DNA from: Paraspadella gotoi
Lineage: Eukaryota > Animalia > Chaetognatha
Direction of reading: 5' to 3'
DNA length: 64,000 nucleotides
Assembly (NCBI GenBank): GCA_051294375.1
Contig: CM119269.1
Coordinates: 3,018,026 to 3,082,025, forward strand
Position 1 is the stretch's first letter. Each line of letters opens with the position of its first letter. Under the pieces are notes generated by a model. That model made no database searches. It saw nothing but the letters and a program-made list of their open reading frames with translations, and was not told the DNA's origin. Position numbers and translations under genes: made by a program. This document shows, piece by piece, positions 41,301 through 56,100 of the stretch.

Positions 41301-42774
41301 TCTTCTCTCTGCCTTTATCTGATCTTTGACGATCTGTCGAGTCTCAACTTCTTTTTTCTCATCGGTTTATCTCTTTTCATTTTGTTTTTGTTTTTTTTAG
41401 CGGAATTTTTTTTTTCATTTTTCTTTCCTCCATATAAATTTTTTTTTTCTTCTTCTTTGTGATTTCGACTTTGAGGAAAACAAAAGATAAGGAGAAACGT
41501 GAGACAAAAGAGGGCAGAAGGGGAGAGTCGGGGAGTTGAGGTTTTATAGATAGAGAGGCTCAATCAACGCGGAATTATATGATGAATGATTAAATTTGCA
41601 TGCGAAATGTTTCTAACAGTCTCAAGTAGTTATGATTTTTCCTTTTTTTCCCCCTAGGTCATACAGAGATTCGAGATTGATGAGAATCGACTTCAGGTCT
41701 ACTTTAACGAACTAACGCCGCTGAAATCTTGTATCGATGTCAGCATAACACAAGAATTTCTTGTGGAAGACGCAAAACCGGCGACAATCAGGTTTCTTTT
41801 CAGGCATTAGATTTCGAAAACGCTCTGAATTTAATTTTTACCTTAAATTTGTAATCTTAATGCATCATCATTAGTCTTAATCCTCAACCCTAATCCTAAA
41901 CCAAAACCTTTAACTTAATCATAAAAAATAAATTCCGAATTTAAGATGAAATAGGGCGTTTCGGGAAAATAAGGTATATGCTTTTTCGAATTTTTTTCAA
42001 AATTTTGCAACCAAATATCTCTTATCCATTTTTTAAAAAAATAAACCATCCAAAAATACAAAAATCCAAAAAAAAAAATATATTAACAAAATTAGGATGC
42101 CAATAAAATGGACCAAAAAAAATTAAAAAATTAAAAAAAAATTTCAATCACTCAATAGCAGCCAAGTCCCCGACTCAAAAAATATTTTCACACAGAATAT
42201 ACGATTACTACGAACCGCAAGAGAACGTCGTCAAAATGTACGACATCTCGTGTCAAAAACGTTCGCTGATCACAGGTAAGCGGGTTCATTTTTGGATTGA
42301 GTGTTTATTCATTGTTTATGTTTATGTTTATGATTGAGCATTGATTTATTTAGATTTAGATTTTTTCATCGGTTGAATTGTGGTAATCTTCACGGTCTCA
42401 TGAACCGAACGTACTCCACTACGTTCATTATAAATCCTAGATTATTTTATACAAATATTTTTTTATCTTTCTTTCGCAGCTGAGCCTCAAAATTTTTCCG
42501 ATGTTCCGACGACGACGACGACGACGACGACAGACGAGGACGCAGGTTTTTTTTGTTTTTTTTAACTTCCGATTTTTTTTTTCATTGAAATTTTTTTTTT
42601 ATTATTATTTTCGCTTTTGTACCGAATTTAATCGGTACTCTTTTCTCCTCTGAAGTGCAAAGTGACGATCCAGCGGCGGGGGCTGCTGGCACGGCGGAGG
42701 CGGCGGCGGAGGCGGCAGCGGCGGTGCCAAAGTCGGCGAGATGGCGTCGCTCTATGGACGAGAAGCGGCGTTGA
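21434..42774 (+). CDS. A2M: Alpha-2-macroglobulin-family thioester-containing protein (TEP), roughly 35 exons
   Basis: Signal peptide [21 protein letters not shown] (21434-21507); [15 protein letters not shown] (23022-23094); VLPKFEV and YTYGQPV (~24505-24690); GIVDKS (~28260-28340); [10 protein letters not shown] (~30945-30972); [18 protein letters not shown] (~31640); thioester GCGEQ (34444-34458); [25 protein letters not shown] (34800-35128); VETTAYALM and [12 protein letters not shown] (~39650-40030); SNMAILEV and IYDYYEP receptor-binding domain (~40390-42275); stop at 42772-42774; AATAAA near 42940. The symbol is a family-level call. Confidence 0.93.
22248..22340. repeat. (GGAAA)n pentanucleotide repeat
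   Basis: Pure run in an A2M intron. Confidence 0.95.
25686..26002. repeat. ~28-bp intronic minisatellite starting at the splice donor
   Basis: Units like gtcagtttgggtagggtccgtcagtcttggg, increasingly degenerate 3'. Confidence 0.85.
27470..27901. repeat. ~30-32-bp intronic minisatellite
   Basis: Units like ccattcgcctttcccttttaaattcgccgttg. Confidence 0.9.
30255..30460 (-). mobile_element. Interspersed repeat family, copy B (inverted)
   Basis: Reverse complement matches 48982-49150 (attgatagggaagccaggtactc..ggaggccttaaaccacca..tgtaccaatttcataa). Confidence 0.75.
37365..37895. repeat. ~41-50-bp T-rich intronic minisatellite
   Basis: Units taatcttgttaatcttgttcatttcctttattttgcttaatttcctcctttt, about 11 copies. 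Confidence 0.9.
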
Positions 42775-43108
42775 TTAACTTCAAGCGGCGTTGGATGACT
42801 CCGCAGAGCGTGACGTCAGACGAGGCGCCGTTGAATTACGTCGAGGATTTCAAAGTCATACGACTTTCATTAATTCTCTTTTTTTTTTAGTTATAAGTTT
42901 TCCAGTTGTTATCCGTTGTAATCATTGTGAAAAAAAAAATAAATAAAAGTATACGACAGTAAGCTTCTCGTTTGTTTTAATTCAGCTTTATAAAAGCCTT
43001 TTATAATATATTCATAAAGAAGACGAGCATATGATATCATCTAAGGAAATGAATTGATTAAGTAGCTTGTTTCGCTTGTCTGCCTTTTTTTCTCTCTTGA
43101 CCAAAAAG

Positions 43109-43343
43109 GAATCACGGCTTCCCTCACTGAATCACGGCTTCCCTCGCTGAATCACGGCTTCCCTCACTTAATCACGGCTTACCTCACTGAATCATGCTTC
43201 CCTCACTGAATCACTGCTCCATCACTGAATCACGACTTCCCTCACTGAATCACGACTTCCCTCACTGAATCACTGCTTCCCTCACTGAATCACGGCTTCC
43301 TTCACTGAATCACGGCTTCCCTCACTGAATCACGGCTTCCCTC
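43109..43343. repeat. 20-bp tandem repeat, about 12 copies
   Basis: gaatcacggcttccctcact units head to tail without spacers. Confidence 0.92.
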
Positions 43344-44497
43344 TCGGAATCGACGGAAGATAGAAGAGAGAAGAAACTAACAACAAACTCATTATGGACT
43401 ACTTGTTATATTGTTTACTGCCTGTATTATCACCATCCCAACATATGTCAATAAAACTCCTATTTCTCCCGTAATAAACCACGCCTTCTTCCTTCATTGA
43501 TACGTTTATAACATAAATGCGCAAACGTCCCCAAAGGCAGTTTTTTTAACACTCACTATATTTTCCAGTTTAAAGCCTATGCGCGTGTTGCATGATCTTT
43601 CAACATGTGTATATATATATATGTATATATATATATTATATATATAAGCACTTTTATTCGAATGCAAAATGGTTGATTCAGTAAAATCTTTAATAACAAA
43701 CAAAACACCATGCAACTAAGTCTGAAAAAAACAATTAAATAAGACTAAACAATTCCGCATTGATTTTATTTCAGAAAAAAGGGACAATATCTTTTAGGAC
43801 GGTACTTCTTAAACATATTTGTGACAAACGTCTACGGTTATTAAAAAGAATAGTTAAATCATTGTATCCAAAACAATTACGCAAATCACGAATGCTTTCC
43901 AGATGTATCAAAACAATTTTCTGATTCCATTATTGACAGCAACGTTTAGTTTATTCATTTCTCGGAAAGAATACTTTTAACTTCACAGCCATATAGTGAA
44001 ACAGGAACACAATTTTCATTAGTAATTCTTGAGGGTTTATATTAACTATTAATTAAGCAATTACTTGATCTCAATCTAAATATTTGTTGGGATCAAATAA
44101 ACTCCACGTTGCTACCGAGAGTTTGACAAGCTAAAGTTAATCGTAATATTCAATTATATTTAAATTTATATTCAATATTAACTCCGAACCGATATTTTCC
44201 AAAATAAAATTTTTCAAACAAAGGCTGATATCAGAACGTTTGGTCATTCAGTTTGTGCTTCGAAAGTAAAAAAAAGAAGAGAAAAAATACTTGACATATC
44301 TCATTTTTAATAACCAATTTTCTGCGGTTGGAAAAGAGTAATAATAATTAAATATTACCGAATTTGTGTTGCAAAGTTTCAAAATAAAATTATGAAATGA
44401 AGAGAGGGAATGAAGGACACACTTGGAGAGAATAAGAGACAAACCTAGAAACAATGAAAGAAAAAAAAGGGGGTGAGGGATTGTTTTTGTTTTTGTG

Positions 44498-44594
<97 letters not shown>

Positions 44595-45611
44595 AGACAG
44601 ACATATTTTTGAGGTGATAACATTCACAGGTTTTCCTCACTTTAAACTTTCCTTCTTTTCAGCTGATATTCGTCTCCTCCCGAAATTCTGGCCTTTGTGT
44701 TGTTGTTGTTGTTATTGTTGATGTTGTTTCGGCAGTAGCCGCTGTTGTTCATATTTACATATGAGGTTTGTTAACAACATGATCAAACAAACGGGTTACG
44801 TTTAACAAGTTAAACGTTCGTTTTCTTTTTACATATTTTTGAAAAGGATAAGCTTCGAAATTTTCCGTTCGGTGGCGGATGCGAAACCCAAAAGCAACGG
44901 ATCGGCAGACAGACGGATTCCGTTCGCCCGCGGAGGCGGCAAACTTTTGGCATTCGACTCTTTCGGTGGCTAAAAGGGAAAAAGTGTTTTGTCTGACGTC
45001 ATCACAACAACGACGGACGAAGATTCTCCGCCGAATCTTCTCAAATTATTTTTTTTTAATGTTTTTTTTTTCTAATTTATTTTCCCACAAATAAAACCGT
45101 CCTAAGATAAAGTTTTACTCTTTTTTCGCATCTTTTTCGTCGGAATATGTTTAAAATTTTTTTTTCCATTCTGGAGGATTTATCTAAATAGAAAATGGTG
45201 AACGTAATAAGAAACGTAACTTCTTCTTGTTTTTGTCTTCGGAGCCATTCGTTTGTTTTGATCTGAACACTCCGGTTTACCTCGACGCCTTATAGTCGAG
45301 ATTTCTGGCAAAGGACCAAAAAACGGCAACAACAATAATGATAAAAAAAATGCGGCGAAAATAACCCCAAGAGACAAAAACAAATCGGGCTATCGTAAGA
45401 GAAAATGAGCTTTCTGTTTTGTTTTTTTTTGTTTTTGGGTTTTTTTTTCTTTTTTTTTTAGTTACTATTTTTGAATTATTATGAGTTATTTTTTGCAAAG
45501 AATCCGAATTTTGGTTAAAACCGGAGAAAACAATCCTTGCGTTTTGTATAAAACAGAAAACACAAACCAAGAAAAAAAAATAAAAGGCAAAAAACGAGGA
45601 ACAAAAGGACA

Positions 45612-50176
<4,565 letters not shown>

Positions 50177-50569
50177 CTTGTGACTGTGACTTTTCCTGTA
50201 GTTTTTTTGTGATAAAAATTACTATATATTTTATTTATATGTAATTAATTGTTTTATATCGTTGCCCGATTTTTTTTTTCAAATATAACCTGCCATATGT
50301 AACGACTAACGAGGTTTTGCTTCAGTAGCGATTTTTTTAAAAAGTTTCATAAATGTACTTTTACAAGCGATAGTCCGTCTAAACTGACAACGTACGGATC
50401 TCGTACGGACAGATGGAGGAAGCCTTTTCTTTCACGATCAGTCGAATCAGATTCTCGGCTTCGGCGTTCGCCAATTAGTTTGAGAGTCGGGAATGTCATT
50501 TGCGTCAAAGCCACTCAATCACAAAAGATAAAAAATATACTGGGTAAGTAACAAAAGAAAGAGAGAGAG

Positions 50570-50639
<70 letters not shown>

Positions 50640-51138
50640 GTCGTGGGCGAGGCGCGAAATGACGTCTCGAAGCCGGAGCGACGTGAGTGCCAACCCTAAA
50701 TTATTTTGAGCTCCGTTTTTGCCGGAAGGCGAATTATTTTAGAGACGCGGAATAATTTGAAGGGATGGTGATGACAAGTGACGCATCTCTAGACGACGAC
50801 GACGACGACGACGATGGAGATGACGACGACAGAGACGACGACGACAGAGACGACGACGACAAAGACGATTCTCGCCTAACCCTATCCAGCGTCCACTCTT
50901 TATGATGTAAACGACGACGACAAAGAAGACGACGAAGTCTAAGCCAACGACGACAACGAGGACGAGAACGAAAGACAACGACGAGGTCGCGGCCGAAGAA
51001 AACGACGACGACGGCGACGACTACGAAGACGACGTCGGCGACGCGTCGCGTAAAAAAAAAACCGGAAGAATTTCGCGGCGAATCCATTTTTTTGATTTTA
51101 CTTCAGCCCATCGAGATAAACGAATTCCTTAGCCGACC

Positions 51139-51187
<49 letters not shown>

Positions 51188-51255
51188 AAATTATATTTTA
51201 TAAATATAATAACAAAAAGTTTCGAGTTAAAGCGAACGACGATATATTTTGAGAT

Positions 51256-51299
51256 AGTGAACAATGTCTCGATTTTTGGTTCAAGTCTTCATCAGCACT
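51256..51299 (-). ncRNA. Degenerate minimal hammerhead-ribozyme-like motif
   Basis: Minus strand reads agtg CTGATGA agacttgaaccaaaaatc GAGAC attgtt cact: stem I agtg/cact, imperfect stem II, GAGA in place of GAAA. Confidence 0.35.
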
Positions 51300-52084
51300 T
51301 TGCTTTAACTCAAAACTTTTTGTCATTCCAAAACATAACGAAAGAAAAGAAAAGATTTCACAGAATAAACAAACTACGCATATCTTTGAATTTTCCGTAA
51401 ATCCTCTTTCTAATTATCTAATTATCGTTATCAAGTTTTTTTTGTTATATAATCTGTTGACAATAAATCCGTCGATTCTTTAAGTCCGCATGACGTCGCT
51501 GTCGTCGCTCTCACGACTCAGCTCTAATTACGACGCCATTAATTACGCATTTCTGATACAATTCTGAGCAATTAATTTTTATGGTTTAACAATAGACACA
51601 GGTAACTGTAATTAAAATGTTATTTCACTATCGTCGTCGTCGTCGTCGTCGTTGTAATTGACTCACCAAATGATATCAATTGATCACTGACCAGTGCACA
51701 CTGCACAGTGTGAAGAGGCAAGAGTTGCAGCGTATTTTACAATTTTTCTAACGTTCATAATCTGGCTCATTGAGTGGCGGGCGTTTTAGAAGTCTCCCCA
51801 GTTCACTCAGTCCCTTTTTGTCCATAAAATCCGCGCTGTTCGAAAAACGTTTTTCAGTCCTAATCTAATGGCCCTAGGGATTCAGGGAATCAACTCAAAT
51901 GCAATCCTCAACGAAAAAAAAAAAACAAACAAAAGAGATACTAAACCACTAAACCACTAAAATACTAAACCACTAAACCACTAAAATCACCGGCTGGGTG
52001 ACAAAAAAAAATAATGATTTCAGCTTAAATAAAAGTAGTGAAGAGACAGTAATTATTATTATGTGTTAGTGATAGAACCGTTCA

Positions 52085-52235
52085 ATATAAGCAGTCCCTG
52101 AGCTTCGGATCAGGCTGTAACACCGTATTACAGGCGGGTTAAGCGCCCCGTCCCTCTTAACTGCTAGGCGGCCACCGGGCTAGAACCCTGGACCTTTGGG
52201 TTGGGAGGCGAATGACTTGCCTCCGCCACCATAGT
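52085..52235 (-). mobile_element. tRNA-derived SINE-like fragment
   Basis: Minus strand tggtggcggaggcaagtcattcgcctcccaacccaaaggtccagGGTTCTAGCCCgg has A-box-like and B-box-like motifs at tRNA spacing, no intact cloverleaf, and a GC-rich body in an AT-rich background. Confidence 0.5.
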
Positions 52236-53156
52236 AGTTTTTTGTTAAAAAATTTTGTTAGGGATTATAATTACAATTAGGGTTTTGGATGAGCAGATAT
52301 GAGTTATGGATTAGAGATAAAACTTTGGGATTGGATTAAACATTTTGAAAGAGATTAAGCTTAGATATTAGGGTTAAGATTAGGTTCCGGAATTAGTACC
52401 AGAAATGGGCGCTTTCGGTAAATATTGCCAAAAGTTGATCGTTGTCCTTCTCGTCGAGTTGTCGCAGCATTCTGGGTTTTAAAATGGAAACTGAAATTAT
52501 AATAGAGAATTCCTAGGCTAGTGGCAGGCAAGAAAAATCTGAATTTTCCTTTTCAAATCATTTTTCAAATACACGACGCATCAAACCGTTTTCATCCAAG
52601 GAAAGGAAAGTAAATTGTCTTTTTTATGATTGAATTGCGTCAACCGGCGCCAGATCGAAAAAAAAGCTAACAAAACGAATAACGCTATTTTTTCTTTTCT
52701 CGTTTGTACGATTGTGTTAAAGTGTACAATTTGATTTCATCCTCGAGTGAAAAAAAATCAACGTCACTTCAATTTTTAAAGCGGATTTATGAAAAAAAAA
52801 CAAGTTGAAAAACGAAACAAAGACAAAAAACAAGCACAAGTAAAACTAACACAAACAAAAAAACAAGTGATAAGAAACACAAGCGTCGAAAAAAAAAATC
52901 ACCTCAATTTTTTAATCTTTTTTTAATTTTTTAACAGAAAATGCGAAACAAAATCAGAAACTCTACCGTTCGCTTCTCTCAATTACGTATAAAAAGGTTA
53001 CTCCGGAAACAAAACAAAAACATAACACCGGGTTGATGGGAAGTCTATAGCTCTGTTTCTCGTCCTCGCAACTCAATCGATTTCCGCGAAATTAATCAAA
53101 AAAAAAAAAACCAAAGTAACGACGCCTTCGTGCGCGGTCGCCAGAGTTCGCCAAGA

Positions 53157-56100
53157 ATGACGGCCGCCTGCGAAGCTGCCGATCTCGCCGCCGAAGCCAT
53201 CGCTGCCGGCGTCGACGTAGACCAATGGGACATCGACTACGCTCGTTGTCTAACGTCTGAGTGTCTCAGAATCAACGGGTGAGGTTTTTGACAGAGATGG
53301 AGTCTTTCTTGTAGCGTTTCGTTGCCGACAGGGATGGAGTTGGTGAATTGAATCGCAAATGCAATGTGGGCTCGCTCATTAAGTTCTTTCGCGTAAGTAT
53401 GAGGCCACTGATTTGCATTATATTATACCGTAATTTATCCAAGGGATTTTTATTGAGGGTTGTTGATAAAAGAAGACACCCTTTAAAGTTAATTAACAAT
53501 TAAAAAAAAATTAGGTAAAACTAAAAGGTTGGACTCAAAATAAAAGTTGATAAAAGCAGACACTCTTTCAAGTTAATTAAAAATTTAACAAATTTAGGTA
53601 AAACTAAAAGGTTGGACTCAAAATAAATAGCCGTTAGAATATTATTTGAGTTCCTCTGTTTTCAAAATAAATAAAACTATTTAGAGACAACCGCCACAGC
53701 CCAGGGTTTCTGGTTCAATCTTAAAAAAAAAACGGCTAAAAAAGCGGACCAAAATAGCGAGGTGGTCGTCGTAAAAAAAACAGACCTCGTCCGCCGCTCA
53801 CCTTTTTATTTCTCCCTCGTTTTTCGTTTCTCAACGATAAAAACACAAACAGGACCGATTCTGCGGACTTTAACTCGGAATTTAGTGTCTCGCGAAACGC
53901 CTCCTCCCACTCCGCCACCACTGCCACCCCCAACGCCCACTGCGGTCATTACCTGGCCTGCAACTCTGGCTGGGAACTCCTCATCGACGAAGTGGACATG
54001 AAGGACGTTTGCCGACAGTTCTACGTTTGTCAGATGATGGAACTCCTTCCTGGGAGAGGGACGAGGTCAAATGGGGACAGTTGAAGGGAAGAGAAAAAAA
54101 GGAGAGGAAGGGAGAAAGAAATCGTTATATTAAAACGGGTTGAATAAAGAAAAAGTTAAGAAGAGAATAAATTGGAAAAATAATATACTGTGGCGGTATA
54201 TTCACACCGCATCTCGTTCAGCCAATCCCATTATCTCAGAGGGGGAATGCAGCCCAAGTGTTACGTTCCATCCACAGTCCTAACGACTTCCCTCTGCGTT
54301 GGTAAAGCGAGACCGTCCTAGGGTAACCGCGCCAGTGACTGGAGGCGTCACTGAGGGTCGGAAGCCCCTAAAGCCGATAGTGAGATGCCACCTTCCAGTG
54401 GGCATCACAGGCAACGCAGCTGTTGCAATAATACACATATAAACATTAAACGACATTCTAAAGAAAGGTTTTAATAATAAAATGCTGTAGAAGACGAAAA
54501 TATGTAAGTCGCCTCAATGCGAAGTGTTTTTGAATTTATACAACGATTTTTTTTTTTTTTTTTTTGAAAAAGCAAGCCGAAACATGTCCGTCTCTTGAAT
54601 ATAAAAAAATCGTTGTATAAATTCAAAAACACTTTGCTTTCTCTAATACTAAATAACAAAGAAAAAGAAAGGATTATCGCATCTAATAATAAAATGATAC
54701 TTAAGAAAAGGTTATGTGAAAACGAATTTTTATACAAGCATGCGTATTTAAAAAGATTGAGAAGTTTCGAAAAAGATTCACAAGTTTAACAATGTTTCCT
54801 GCAGAATCCCAACCATAAATGAAACAACTATCTCCTTTCTCGGCGATTTTTGCGAATCGCATCCCGAGTTTCATCCCGCGTGCAACGAGACTCCTCCGGC
54901 CTTTAAGTGGAGCGTCATTGTCATCATCGTCGTGGGAATACTTGGCAAGTCTCTCACATTGTTTCAGTTCTCTTCCTGTCCTTTCTGATTTTCTCTTTCT
55001 CTTTCTTCTTCTCTTTCCTTCCTCATCTTCTCTTTCTCTTTCTTCTTCTCTATCCTTCTTTAATCTTCTCTTTCTCTTTCTTCTTCTCTTTCCTTCTTGA
55101 TCTTGTCTTTCTCTTTTTTCTTCTCTGTCCTTCTTGATCTTCTCTTTCTCTTTCTTCTTCTCTATCCTTCCTGATCTTCTCTTTCTTCTTCTCTTTCCTT
55201 CTTGATCTTCTCTTTCTCTTTCTTCTTCTCTATCCTTCTTGATCTTCTCTTTCTCTTTTTTCTTCTCTGTCCTTCTTGATCTTCTCTTTCTCTTTCTTCT
55301 TCTCTATCCTTCCTGATCTTCTCTTTCTCTTTCTTCCTTCTCTGTCCTTCCTGATCTTCTCTTTCTCTTTCTTCTTCTCTTCCTTCCTGATCTTCTCTTT
55401 CTTCTTCTCTCGTCCTTTCCTGATCTTCTCTTTCTCTTCTTCTCTTCCTTCTCTGATCTTCTCTTTCTTCTTCTCTGTCCTTCCTTTTTCTCTTTCTTCT
55501 TCTCTTCCTTCCTGATCTTCTCTTTCTCTTTCTTCTTCTCTTGTCCTTCCTGATCTTCTCTTTCTTTCTTCTCTCGTCCTTCCTATCTTCTCTTTCTTCT
55601 TCTCTGTCTTCCTGATCTTCTCTTTCTCTTTCTTCTTCTCTGTCCTTCCTGATCTTCTCTTTCTCTTTTCTTCTTCTCTTTCCTTCCTGATCTTCTCTTT
55701 CTTCTTGCTCTGTCCTTCCTGTATCTCTCTTCTCTCTTTCTTCTTCTCTGTCCTTCCTGATCTTCTCTTTCTTCTTCTCTGTCCCTCCTGATCTTCTCTT
55801 TCTTCTTCCTCCCTTACTTCCCAGCTAACGCCCTCTCCTTCGTCGTCATGAGCCGCAAGATCCTCCGTGTTCTCCCGATTTCCGTCTTCATCCGGAGTCT
55901 GGCCATCCTGGACAATCTACTGCAGGTGGGCGGACGTGCGAGAGGAATTAGAGAAAAGGATCGAGAGGAAAGGCACTTTTTATCGTATTGGGCGTAATGC
56001 TCTATTTATAGATTTTTGTCAATGAGTTAAGATTGCGTCAAATATAACGAATAAAGTCTATAACTAAAAAATGAATAAATAAATAAAAATAAAATCAATA

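Noticed and set aside
21434-42774. Calling the TEP complement C3 or CD109
   Set aside because: No anaphylatoxin or C345C domain seen, no GPI-type tail and no catalytic His; A2M-like fits better.
43109-43343. CRISPR-like array
   Set aside because: Units are contiguous with no unique spacers, there are no cas genes, and the context is eukaryotic.
52170-52235. Functional tRNA-Gly gene
   Set aside because: Anticodon and acceptor stems do not pair; kept only as a SINE-like head.
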